DNA of 64,000 bases from Syncephalis fuscata S228. Lineage: Eukaryota; Fungi; Zoopagomycota. The notes under the pieces are model-generated. The model had not been told where the DNA came from. It was given only the letters and a program-made list of their open reading frames with translations, and made no database searches. This document shows positions 1 through 12,502 of this stretch, piece after piece. Position numbers and translations under genes: made by a program. Positions within the stretch are counted from its first letter, which is position 1, and every line of letters starts with the position of its first letter. The DNA is taken from contig JAHLTZ010000001.1 of assembly GCA_025786725.1 (NCBI GenBank), positions 744,001-808,000 of the forward strand, written 5' to 3'.

Positions 1-51
1 GGTAAATAGAGCAACTACATTATTAAACAGAATTAATAAACTAAATTTTAG

Positions 52-237
52 ACCAAATTGCTTTTTGAGCCTATTTGTATACGGTTTGAGGTACAGTATA
101 TGGATATAACATAAAGAACATAGCAGTTAAACCCACTATTGTAGATAACAAGCCATGGTATTCCTCGGCTATTAGAGATTACCAATATTACACTTGGCAA
201 AATGCTTAATACATTGCAATCAATTGAACAACAATAA
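52..237 (+). CDS. 3' end of an unidentified gene running off the left edge (exons 52-90 and 145-237)
   Basis: GT..AG introns at 2-51 and 91-144 join an open frame TKLLFEPICIRFE/ITSHGIPRLLEITNITLGKMLNTLQSIEQQ*; no recognisable motif. Confidence 0.4.
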
Positions 238-478
238 TAAGAATTAATAAACGTGTTTATCTATATAAATTATACTATATTTATATAGATAAAGCTATTT
301 ACACATACACAACTTTAATAGTAATTTGTGATCATATATATTAATGGTGGCGTTTTTCTATAAAAAATACGTGTAAATGTGTAACTTTTTGTTTTTGCTC
401 TAATTGTCAACATGAGTCACCGAACGAGCATCTGTGTTACGCAATTGGTTCTCGTTCTATTTGTTCTTTTTTGCTCGC

Positions 479-2115
479 ATGAGCACTTCAGCATCATTAC
501 CGTCATCTCCACATGACGGCGAGGAAGAGGTGCCAATGCCTACTAGTAGCCACAACACATCAGTCTTGGAACAACAGCCGCGACAGCAAGTATTAACCAC
601 AACGGTAGGCGGCATTTTATAAATATAAAACCATCATACAAGCCTTACATGCCAACTGCCGATAGCTCACCGACTAATCTGACGACATTGCATTTAGGAA
701 TCTGTGATGGCTAACAAGGATATTCCTGAATATGAAGCCATCAAACAGATTATTCTGCGAAAAGAGAAACTGCAAGCCCAATTAAAGAAAGTCTACAAGC
801 AAGTGGCTGAGCTTGAACGGGAATTAGCGGAAATACGCCAGACAGAAACTCCATCGGCCATTGTATCAAATAAAAGAAGAAATGAGGCAATGTAAGTGTA
901 GATTGATACTGATTTAGACTAATCATTATTTAATAAAATTAGCGAGGATGATATACTCAGAAATGAATTGATTAGCAGGAATGATTATGAGCTTTATTGC
1001 GCTATGGCAACAAAAAAACCAAAGAAGAATACGTTAACTCTAAGGTCGCAGTCACTGGAACAATTGTTGGCATCAGAGAAACACTTATCGCTACTAGTGA
1101 AGGAGAATGAGCTTGAATGGGTGAGCAAATAGCCAAAAGAGAATACTGCCAAACTGACTGACTGTGGACATTGATAGGCAAGTGCTATATCTAGGCTGAA
1201 TTTCAGTGTTGTTGAAACGTATTTGGCACCACTAAGAAAGGGTGGTAAGCAATTATAACACAGTATTTAGTGCAATAGATATAACTAACAGCTATCCAGC
1301 TGGAAATAAGAGAGTTTACAAGATGTATGGCCGCACAATAGATAGTAATCTGCCATTTAACGCGCTGATGGAAGTTCATGAAGCAGATAAAACTGTTCTT
1401 AATCTAAACATTCGTGTTAGTTATAAAATGCAGTGTGAAATGAACCAGCACCTGAAACTGTAAGTACAAGGATACAGTAGTGGCAGTATTATTTATAGTT
1501 GTATTCTAGTATAGAAAAAGAGTGTCATTTACTTAAATTCTTTCGTTTGGTAACCGATTACGCAAAATTAAATGTTCAGCGATCCGAGATATTTTACAGC
1601 CTAGCGTGTAAATATGAACAATTCCGAGAACCATCCAAGCAGAAAACTGTATCTAATTCTAGTGAAGATGAAATAAAGAAGGATGATGCGAAACAAGCAG
1701 CTGAGGAAATATTCTTACGGTTTATCGGTCCAGAGTATGAATAATATATTGATTGCTATTTTATCAACTAACGCAGTGCATACTTGTATTATTTTGTAGA
1801 TCTACTTCTCCAGAGCTTGTTTTTATTTGGACAATGCAAGTTGACGACTATGCACATGTCACCCCAAATGTACAATTAGTAGTGCACCTGCCATCACAAG
1901 GTAAGAGCAGACTAATAGTATGCTTTGGCAATCATTGGAACTAACAAGTCATAGTGGTAGATTCAGAGGCAGAATATCGTATGAATTGTATTGTCAAAAA
2001 GTTTTCACGCTTCGTGCACTCTATTGGGCCACATGCCGCCATAGAACAGATGATACGCGCATGCTATATGTCTCCGTTGGATGATTCAATAAATAACATT
2101 GAAGATAGTCTTTAA
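479..2115 (+). CDS. CENP-P/Ctf19-like inner kinetochore protein (multi-exon)
   Basis: N-terminal coiled coil (KEKLQAQLKKVYKQVAELERELAE), then segments resembling vertebrate CENP-P: IEKECHLLKFFRLVTDYAKLNVQRSEIF, PELVFIWTMQVDDYAHVTPNVQL, FSRFVHSIGPHAAIEQMI; several GT-AG introns link the ORF fragments. Confidence 0.6.
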
Positions 2116-2152
2116 TTTAACTTTTGCATTAAAAACATTGTATTTATTGTTG

Positions 2153-2635
2153 TTACTTCGACTTATAAGCAGATGATGTAGTTTTTAAGGTGCGGGGTGT
2201 TATGGCTGGCAAAGTAGGATTTTTTGCCTTATAGTTTTTGACCTTTTGGCCGACATATTCACCCGTTTTCTGGGCAACTACCGCACCAAATCCAGCGCCT
2301 ACAACTTGTGCGTTTGGGCCCATGGTACCAGCAAGTGCGGCTGTTGTAGCCATAATAGTGGTGATACCGGCGGCACCAGCAGCAAATTCCGACGCATTGT
2401 TAATTACGCCCTCCTTGATGCATCGGCCAGTTTCATTGAGCGTTTGACGTATGCCTTTCTTGGGATCGGTCACACTCTTTGTTGTAACAACCGTGTTGGT
2501 AGTTGCTGTTGTGGGCTTTTGACTATTCGACGATGGGCTAATACCGTTAACGGGACGTGACTTAGTGTTATCAATCCAGTGCATCTGGACGATAGTGGCA
2601 ATGGCAATCACTTTAATGGCATCTTTGCAAAGCAT
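2153..2635 (-). CDS. Small putative secreted protein with Thr-rich linker and glycine-zipper-like hydrophobic segment
   Basis: 160-aa single-exon ORF; hydrophobic N-terminus; FAAGAAG...GAGFGAVVAQKTGEYVG small-residue repeats. Confidence 0.55.
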   Translation of the reverse strand: MLCKDAIKVIAIATIVQMHWIDNTKSRPVNGISPSSNSQKPTTATTNTVVTTKSVTDPKKGIRQTLNETGRCIKEGVINNASEFAAGAAGITTIMATTAALAGTMGPNAQVVGAGFGAVVAQKTGEYVGQKVKNYKAKNPTLPAITPRTLKTTSSAYKSK

Positions 2636-2763
2636 AATGATAATTAAGCTTGTTTCTGTTGTCCTGCAACGCGATTTATAATTGATAATTAATTTTATAA
2701 AAGAAAACGTGGCCAGCAGTCGTTTTCAAGAACGAAAAAACAAAGTTGAAGTGCGTATTTAAG

Positions 2764-2783
2764 GTGTGTGTGTGTGTGTGTGT
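2764..2783. repeat. (GT)n microsatellite
   Basis: gtgtgtgtgtgtgtgtgtgt seen directly. Confidence 0.9.
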
Positions 2784-2871
2784 TGATACAAAAATGAGAT
2801 ACTGCTACTTATATTTATATTTGAATTAAAGCACCCATTGTTTTTAAACAACATCCATATACTCCGTTAAG

Positions 2872-3033
2872 TTTTTCATTGATCCTTCGCACTCATACTA
2901 CATCGCCTTTTTCATTGATCCTTCGCATCCAAACACATCACCTTTTTCATTGATCCTTCGCACTCAGACTACATCGCCTTTCTCATTAGTTCTTCGTATT
3001 CAGACTACGTCGCCTTTTTTTTTCTACGTCGCC
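2872..3033. repeat. Minisatellite, about 36-bp unit x4 plus a partial copy
   Basis: Units at 2872-2907, 2908-2942, 2943-2978 and 2979-3014; consensus tttttcattgatccttcgcactcagactacatcgcc. Confidence 0.9.
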
Positions 3034-5609
3034 TTTTTACTGTCAAGGTTCTCCATGTAATAATTGTAAACTGGTTTTTCAGGTTAGAATACGATATAAT
3101 TATTGGAAAGATAACAGTTTGAGGGGAAACATACGCACATTTTCAAACATAGATATTTCTCTACAACCTGACAAGATTGACAAATCTATCCCTTTGTGCT
3201 AAATAATGTTGAAACAAGGATTATGTTTTACTTCAAATACACCAGTCCCCGGCCATAATGCATCGTGTAATACATTGTTTTATTTAACTAGAGCGTATAC
3301 ATTCTTTATTAGTTATAAATAAAACGTAACCATGTTTTAGTTTATTAGACTGGTTACGCTCTGATGTAATCACATTGCTTTCTAGCAAATAAATATGACA
3401 ACAAACAACATTTTAAATGCTTATAGATATTTTGAAAATATTTGTCATGTTTTAATATGATTATCTCCGAAGGCATAATCCAACGCGAATTGCACACTCT
3501 ACTCAATAGTACTTTGGTTTTATTTTTATTTTCACTATAATCAATTACATATATCGCAAATATCCATTTAATAAGTTTATACAGTTTAGGCCGTCTGGCT
3601 ATTAAAAGACTGACACGGTATTAATAGTGATTTATTGTTTTTTTTGCACTTGCGTTCAAGCCTTTTGGATTCCATAACACTTTTGTGCTTTCTTCTCTCG
3701 CCTAAACTGCCCTTTAGTGCACGCCGTCCTTTTTTGTGCTCATCGTAAGACGATATTAAAGCGATCGACGAAGTTGATGATAGCTGATTGCCAGTATCAG
3801 TCCATGCTTTTGGAATTAGTTGTTTAGTCAAGCCATCAAGCAATTTGGCCATTAACACGCGTGTGTATATTGACCACTAATACAAAATAGTTGGGCAAAT
3901 ATTCGGTTAATGCTTTCTAATTGTTGAATCAAAATAAACCATCAGTATATTAATAATTACTTTATTAATATAATCAAAACAAGGCATGTTTTTATTATTG
4001 TAAGTTTGCATAATTGAATAACATGGCTAGTGGCAGGTTTACTGGTAGCATGATGATACTATCAATTAAATATAAATAAATGGGACATTGGCTAAAATTT
4101 GATGTATAATCGGGCTAAACAATCGTCGAATAGCCGTGCTTTTTTGTCAAATGTGCACTTAGAATATATTGGAATAGTAGCTTAATTACAACACTAATGC
4201 CAACGTCTTGAACTATCGGTTATTTTATGTTTTATAAATAAATATATAATACATCATGGAATTAGTGTAAAGTTGAAATCATGTAATTTTACTTACAACC
4301 TATTGGCACAGATTATTGAATAACACGCGGTGATCCCATACATTTAGTATATAGCTAGCTGATATACAATGCTACTTACGAACTATCAATGCAATTTTTA
4401 AACATACACAATGCATTGCATATATTCATTATATAACTAGTTAATATACAATAGCATTTACTTCCTGCTAATACAATTTATTAAATATGTTTAGTCCATA
4501 TCTAGTTGGTGTACAATACCACTTGCCCTCTATCAGCACAAGTTATTAAGAATGTATAATTAATATTGTAAAGCAATGCATATCCAATCAATATATGGGA
4601 TTGCTTACGATCTAATAATATCAATTTGGCAATGCAAATAGTATTTAATTGGCAAAATAATCAATTATTATAATTGCAACCTACTAAAACGGGTTAGAAC
4701 CGGCTTAGCATCCACTATAATCATATTGGCTACAAAGCCACGACGAGAGTGCAGACGACAGCAATAGAAAGCTTTATGGTGGTATAGATTTGCCAAAACC
4801 AACAAGTAGAATAGACAATAGAGTGTAGTAGTATAGGTAAATAGCACTGATTATTGAATAGAAAGTAGAGTGTAGCGATAATACCACCGGATATTTGCGT
4901 ACATTTAGTGGATTATTTAAGTATATGGTTATGATGGGTGCAAGAATGTTGTATCTTACAGATTATACCATTGATGTACAGTGTGAACCAATAGCTATTC
5001 ATTCATATAATGACTTGAAACACATGTATACAGACGTATTGATTGTATGATGATATGCAGTCAGATCATTGCTTCAGCCTATTCGGCATTTACATAAAAT
5101 AATCATTGCAACTACTCATATTTCATATTCAATTATCATTCTGATTCATATTATTGGTTTATATTGCGCACCAATGATATACTTTATATTGCAAATTATT
5201 TTGACATTCATATTTATATACTTAAATATTTTATATTTTATGCCAAGCTATTAGTAATACCCACTTTGTATTACCATTATCCGCACTTTCTTCATAGATT
5301 TTGTGGCTATTATAGCCATTATAGGTACTGTACTAAATTAGATCCGTTTTAATATGCTATAAATATGATAGATATAAAAACTGGTATACTTAATAACATT
5401 GCGTTTAATTAACAATAATACTTATATAATATGCTATAATGGCTTTTTATGTGGATATTTATCCTTAACCGTAAAAATACATCATTTTAAAGTTAAAAAA
5501 TGTAAACCGACAGTAACGGCCGTTCAGAAATAAGCTTTTAGCATTAATTATGCAAAAAATAGTTTAAAATAGCAAAAAAAGAACCAGCACAATGAGTACT
5601 GCTAGGATT

Positions 5610-5692
5610 TGGTTGCTGCGAGGTTCGAACTCGCGCCTCATCACTGAGAACAGTTCTTAAGACTGTCGCCTTAACCACTCGGCCAAGCAACC
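5610..5692 (-). tRNA. trnL-UAA: tRNA-Leu (anticodon UAA), intronless, long variable arm
   Basis: Reverse complement GGTTGCTTGGCCGAGTGGTTAAGGCG ACAGT CT TAA GA ACTGT TCTCAGTGATGAG GCGCGAGTTCGAACCTCGC AGCAACC A: 7-bp acceptor stem, A box, B box GTTCGAAC. Confidence 0.95.
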
Positions 5693-7221
5693 AAAACTTT
5701 TAGTTAAAGCGTTTTATAATATTTGTTCTAAAATTCAAAATATATTTGATAATTAAATAGAAAATGATAGAATATGCCTGAATAAAAGCTATAGATACAT
5801 TAATTAATTTGGTTATAAAAAAGACATGTTATTTACAACGGAAATTGGAATAAATACTAATTAATTTATTAATAATAATATGTGTAGTAATTAATTGAAT
5901 TATTAAATAATAATAAATATTTTATTAGCTACTACCATTAATTTTAACGTTATTGTTTATGCTGACAGGCTATATTAGCATAAGTTATAGTATATTAAAC
6001 TGGGAATAATGACTTTATTTGGTATACATGTATTGTGTATACAGCCAGTTTTTGTTTATAAACCTATTTATCTATCCAACCACATTATTAATATTCACAG
6101 CACATCTATTGTTACTGAAATATTCAACTATAATCATTTATCTAAATAAGCGATTACGGTTGAAGTAATAAGCAGGTTATTTATGTCGTTCAATTTAGTT
6201 AAATAAAACGATGGTTTATTTATTTGTGTTATTTGCAACGCACACAACACATATCATACAATATAAACTTTATAAATTTGCTTTATTCAAAATTGTTATC
6301 AATTTGACTTTAGCTTTATCATTAATATACTCGTTATTATTTATTAATATTGCTTTGTACCAGACTATACCTTGATAATTATGTTATACTAAAAGCCGAT
6401 GTTTGTCTATTGCTAACGTTATTTAATATAGATTTAGATTTAATTAATTTAAATTGCTTTCATTCAAACTATAGCTTTAAAAACTTTATTTTATCATTGT
6501 TTATGTTTCATCATTATATATGATTCTAATACACACTATTATGTCGTCTACTAATTATAAACTATTAATAAAAGTTACCTGCCTATTATTAATTGTATCT
6601 GTTGTAGATTGCAATTTATTTAATTTATATTCCTGTCATACATACTATAACAACAACTCCAATACTAATATACATGCACTTATTCATAGCGTTTTACAAT
6701 ATTTTATGTTTATCAAATACGCTTTATTATTAAAAAGGAAAGAAAACTAAAATTATAGTTTATAATTTAAAAAGTGACTTATTTATCAGCTATTATACAC
6801 CACAATATTGTTGTATTTATTTATTTAAATTTATACCTAGCATGGATATTAAAATAATTATTGGATCAGATTATGATCATTGCTAGGGATATTATTCAAT
6901 GTGAATTGCATACTTGGTCTGATGTCTTTTTAATTTTAATTTGTAATTTATAATTAAAGATGTAGCTGTAAAACGTATTTTTTGCGTTTTGTTGTATTCT
7001 GCGTCTTTATTACTATAGAATGTGATAGCTCAAACATATATTATACTCTTTTGGGCAGTATATGTATTTATTCTATTCATTTTCATTTGACTATAAACTA
7101 ATGTACTGGCACAACTAGTATAACTTACAATAATAAATACTATAGTTGGTACAAATAATTACTTGCAAATAGCAGCAAATGCAGTTAACGTTATTGTTTA
7201 TTTTTTAGTGTGTTCTTTTCT

Positions 7222-8648
7222 CTATATCCATGGTGCAGGTAATGTGTCTCCTTTTAAAATTTGCTGGGGCGTCCAACGGAGTTTTGGGTTGATTATAAAT
7301 GCCTTTTCTAAGTTGGGATAAAAGCTAAGGGTGATTTGCTTGTATTCAGCTTGAGAATCAAGTCCATTAAACTTTGCAGGAACTTGATCATCCGTTCCAC
7401 TGTTGTATAACTCTTTCAACTCAATATAATACTCTTGGTCGCTCTTATAAAACCATTGATTATTAACATTTTTCAATCCAAATGGAGTGATGTTATAGTA
7501 GAAATCGAATAGAGTGCAGATGGCGCTCCAAGAATCGCCTTTACGTAAGTCGTACTTTGTAGCAACGACACTCTCTGGGGCATAATAACCATGGGTACCA
7601 CCTTTAGGATTATCGGGTTTTGGTCCGTATCTATCTAAAGGCTGCATAACTGATGCAAGATCCATATCAATAATGGTAAGTTTGATTCGGTTAATATCGG
7701 TCAAATCAACCATAATATTATCCGGTTTGATATCATTGTGGGCTAATCTGGCCTCATGCATAAATGCAAGTCCTAATTTAAATGCTGTTAATACCAATAA
7801 GTATTGGTAATTACTATAATGCGTTACCTTGTAGTAGCTGATAAGAAAATAAGCTTATAAGAGCTACTCTCATACCCTTAGGTGCATTGGAATAGAATAT
7901 CGTGCTCATAAACTCACGCAGATCCATTTGACCGCCCAAAGAAAGTACAATACATAAAGCATTGTTATATTTAAAATCAGCCAGCTTACTGATGACATGA
8001 TTACGACCGAGATGCGTTTTCAATTTTTCATTATAGGTAGCCAGTTGCTACAAAATATGTTAGTATATAGTGCTATACAATGTTGAATGCTTACATTAAA
8101 TGCAATAAGCTCAGACTCGGCTCTTTCAATCTCGGTAGAGCACTTGAGAAAGGCGCTTTGCTTATTCTCAAACTTTACAAAGGCTGTATGTAAATGACCT
8201 TCCTTGATTGGGCGCCATGTCGTGCCTGTAACTATCCCATTGAGAAAAGTGGGAGTAGGTGGCATCTGATTTGGCGCATTCGAAGTCTGCTGGCGGATCA
8301 TATGAGCGAACGCAGTATCTTGGCCAGGTATTATAGGAGCGGCGCTCCAGACAAAATTGCCACCATCTCTTGGTACTTTGGAGGGCGTCATAGGAAGTGG
8401 TTTATTGTTTCTTTGGCGTTCTAGCGCAGCTGCTTGCATTTCCATTAAAATCTTTTTATGGGCCGGTTGCATTCTACTAAGATCCATATAATCTATACCA
8501 GGCAAGTCAGACATTATTGATGAGTATTGATACATAATAGTAATTTAATGGCAGTATAATCACCTCTTGCAGGGACGGCTTCTACATGACTGATGGTGGT
8601 AGCAGCAAGCAGACAACACACTGCTGCAAATGGAACGTAAGAGCGCAT
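7222..8648 (-). CDS. Signal-peptide-bearing divergent Ser/Thr protein kinase (about 417 aa, 4 exons: 8648-8564, 8492-8095, 8047-7828, 7772-7222)
   Basis: Exon 1 MRSYVPFAAVCCLLAATTISHVEA-VPAR splices in frame through three GT-AG introns; kinase motifs AFLKC (beta3 Lys), ESE (alphaC), HNDIKPDN, IIDMDLA, GGTHGYYAPE, DSWS. Confidence 0.85.
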
Positions 8649-9968
8649 ATCTAAAAAATTTGTAAACGTAAAGGTAGTGTTTTTATCAAAAAAACGTAAG
8701 AAGAAAAGATAGAAGTCAAATGTATTGTATAGAGAATAACACTGATAAAAGCTAATTATGTGTTGTATTTATAGCTTCATTGCCAATTCGCGTGTTAGTA
8801 TTGTATACTTAAAATGGAAGTTAAAAAGAATTTCTAGAACAATTAGCATTTCAGCAAATACATTTTTTATTTTACTTTTATAGAAACGCCATGGTTTAAT
8901 AAAACATAAGGGGTTTGCCAAAAAACGTGGTTTTAAAATCCCAAATTAAAATAATTTATATGGCATCAGCTGAGTTTACGGAATTTAAATAAATAATAAT
9001 ATTTTATTTGGTCGATTGTAGCTATTGTGAGTTTGTGTAGAAATTATAATAATCAAAATAATATTTACCGGCAAATAACAATATATTTTATTCTTTATAT
9101 TGCCTCAATATTTTTAGCGATAGGAGTAGGATATGCACAATAAAAATAAAAAATTTATACATGGAAATAGAACATCAGACCAAATATGGAAATAAACTGA
9201 AAATCGAAAAAGACATTATTTGTTATTTGAAGGCGTGAAACAATGCTTTATTCGTCTTGTGCAATATTGTTCATGCTTTTCATTATATTGACGCAAGCCT
9301 TTCAAATATTGAGTTTAATTGTCATATATTTACGTGGGCTGATCTAAAAGTAGTATACGTAATTGATCAATCCATGTTAATTTATATATCAATAAATGTA
9401 TACTACATGTCATTTAACATTATTATGCAATTTGGTTTTAATAATAGCTATTAGTTATTTAATACGATTTAAGAATTAATGATCACAATTGGTAACATTT
9501 ATTTATTGAGCATGTGACTGGTTGATGAATGGCATTAAAAATCAAGCTAATCATTAGCATAGATTTATTTTTAATAATTTACAATACTTACTGCTCAGTT
9601 CTATGTTCAGTAGAATGAATGGTACTAAGTGTAGCCATTTGAGCGCTACTACTACTGATGTCATATTATTAGTTTGTGCGACTAAACTATTACACAATCA
9701 ATTTTCGCCTGTTATCTGAATCTTACTGCTCTTTACTCCGCTGCTGCTGCTTTCGCAATTATTATAGCATATAAAATAGCTAAGCATGTGATGCCTGTTT
9801 CATTTATGCATTTTCAGCTTCCGTGTTTGCTTTTATAGATTGAATTTAGAACAAGACAGTATTGCAAAGTAGATTGTCGTCATTTTGCCAAATAGAGTTT
9901 ATTTTTTAATCGCATTTATACGGCTGAAACATCAGGTTGCGGACAATAAATGTATGAAATGTATTTAT

Positions 9969-12106
9969 TTAGACAAGTTGATTCGAGTCCGCAATAATAT
10001 CCTCTTCTTGGATATTTCGGGCAATATCCCAGTAGTGATCTGCTCGATGGTGTGTAAGGAATTCCTTTGCCGCTCCTTCTGTTGGACAACGGCGGAAGCG
10101 AAATGTTCTAAATGTCCTTCCTTTTGTCTCGCCTTCCCAAGCCAGTATGCATCTGTTTATCGATTGTTTACCGTCCGATACGTCGTCTGTATCCATCCCA
10201 GTCTCGTTACCATTCTCTGCTTCAACTTCGTTCTCGTCTTCATTCTCCAGATCACTCCATTTGATTCGCCGCAACATTAGCTTTTTATATGTTCGAATAC
10301 TTTTGGGCCGCCTTCAACAATAACCACGCTAAACCGACTGCTAATGATGGCCGCACCTGTAAGTCCCAATTGAATAGCATTCGTCTCGACCTTAAACTTT
10401 TTTGTGGATGGGTAAGATTGTTAATCCTAGCCAAACAGTTTGTCAGTTCTATTTATTTGTTTAGCATATTTATAATGACAACTACCGAAATACCATGGCT
10501 TGAATGCCTTTGGCGGCATCTTCATCCAATTTACGCTGCCGTTTATCACGTCGTTCTTCGTCCGTCAGTTTACGCTCTTCGTTTGCCTTCATGTGGGCAA
10601 CCTGTCGCTTTTAACCTCATTGCGTACATATGCCTCCATTTTCGTTGGATCTTGAATGGCCTCATTACCCAATACACGCATCAAATTGCTCATTTTAACT
10701 ACACAATTGTGATAAATAATTAATAGTTGCCAACTAAAATATTAATTATATTACTTTAGGTGGTTCAGGCGGTAAAAGACCCAGTCGAATCTTGTCTTGT
10801 TTGTCCTTAAGTACTTCCATTCGTTGTTGTCGACGTAACTTCTTTTGTTCCTGCATCTTCTTGTTAGTGCCCAGTAGTCGTTACTTATAGTGTGTTAGCA
10901 CTCACTTTAGTAGTTAGCATTAAAGGCCGCGGAGCAACTGGCTTCAAGTCTTGTGGACCTGGAATAGGTACTGGATGCTGAACATATTGCGTAATAGCCG
11001 ATCCTTCACCCGCCAGTAATAGCTGTCCTAGACCGACATCGTCGTAAGTACGGTTGATTAACAGTGGCTCATCCCACCATTCAACATCTGGGGGCGGATC
11101 ACCCTGTATATTAATGAGTAGTTTAGTTTATAAATTGTTACTATGAGATGGCTATAACCTACGCGAATTTGCTTATCTGTAGCAATATCCAGTTCCATCT
11201 CCATGCCAGCCTTTTCTGCGCTTGCTGCAATTTCTTTGCGTAGTCGTTCGAGTTGTGCCTATACAGCATAGCTAGTTAGATATTACAATAAAATGTTGAT
11301 GTTTTGTAATATATTACTAACCTGCGCACGCATCTTATCCGCTTGTCGAACAAATGTGCCCTGTCCAACAAAGTTAAACTGTCGTCGACCTCGATGTTTG
11401 GCACCAGCTGCTGCGAGATTTGGATCATAGTGCGGATTTTTATTTGGGTCAGAGAAATCGGCAGGTGCATCCAATAAGCGGATTTCTTTTTTAAGTTCTT
11501 TTCCTCGCTGGTTGGCCTACAATCATAATGGTCACTGTGTAAATTATTTACAGTTTAATAAATAGCTGTAAATACCTTGATGGTGGCAAAACCTGCTTTG
11601 GGCACATTGCCTTGCAATGGATGCAATCGCTTTGATGAACTGGAGGCACTTGACGCACCCGTAAGATGTTCAATCGATGGATGTGCTGGTGCAGCAAGTC
11701 CGCCTCGTTTTTCTGCCAATCGTGCTGAATACTATTATTTATAACATAGTCAGTGTTTATGCCTATTCATCTATCTATTTATTAATACCATTGAAGCCTG
11801 AGGTGCATGGGTAGTTGATACTCGTGATCGCTGTTTAGCGTCGGTTGTTCTAGTCGTTGCTGTAGCATTTGTTGCTACTCCCGTCATAGGACTGGGTCGC
11901 TGACCAGCACTTGGTCCTACGGGTGTAGAGACAGACGCATTGGCTTGTTGCATACGCTGCATGCGCTGCAACCGCTCTGCCACTTCGCGGCGCTTACTCT
12001 CTATAAGCGCCTGAATCTGATCAAATACAAGTTTTAGAATCTACACATACATATGTCTCCTTCTAATTCAGCCTACCTGAGCCGGATCAGGTGGTGGGTT
12101 TGCCAT
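9969..12106 (-). CDS. PRP3: U4/U6 snRNP protein Prp3 (multi-exon, apparent homopolymer frameshifts)
   Basis: [68 protein letters not shown]. Confidence 0.93.
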
Positions 12107-12502
12107 GATTATTCTAGAGTAAATAAAGAAACTGGCAAGAATGTAGAATAGCAATGGTGGATTTAATTAATTGGGCACATATTAAAATTGTTGCACTACA
12201 ATGATCATACAACACAATAGTTTTAACAGATTAAACATGCTTAATATGCAATACATACTAAGTAGCAAATAACTCTCTAATACAAGGCTACTGGTGCCAA
12301 TAAACTAAACAAATTTAAACCATGTCTTTATACTAGTAATATTAGATCAATTGGGCACATATTAAGATAATAGCTAATATTAATCTATAGATAATTAATA
12401 CTACTTGGTGGCTTTTAATATTTATAAAGAAATTGTTTAAAAACAACATAAGCCATATATCAATCAGCGTTATTTGGCGTTCTTTTTAAATAGCCATCGT
12501 TA

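Noticed and set aside
1468-1475. GTATCCTT (U12-like donor) on the minus strand
   Set aside because: Antisense to a normal GT-AG intron of a plus-strand gene, with no minus-strand gene there
2872-3014. 36-bp repeats as a CRISPR array
   Set aside because: Units are directly adjacent with no unique spacers, there are no cas genes, and the context is eukaryotic
3586-3858. 90-aa basic ORF on the minus strand
   Set aside because: No motif or splice support; cannot be distinguished from a chance ORF or decayed remnant
3050-7200. Transposon or viral relic in the long AT-rich tract
   Set aside because: No transposase or RT motifs, TIRs or LTRs seen; the short ORFs at 5069, 5164 and 6520 look like I/Y/L/F-rich compositional artefacts
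9620-9720. Possible box C/D snoRNA (CTGA boxes, short rRNA-like complement)
   Set aside because: No proper RTGATGA C box or terminal stem, and the complementarity is too short
9969-12106. PRP3 and other frameshifted genes as pseudogenes
   Set aside because: Motifs and splice sites are intact and the lesions are 1-nt deficits, mostly in homopolymers, in essential genes; assembly error is far more likely
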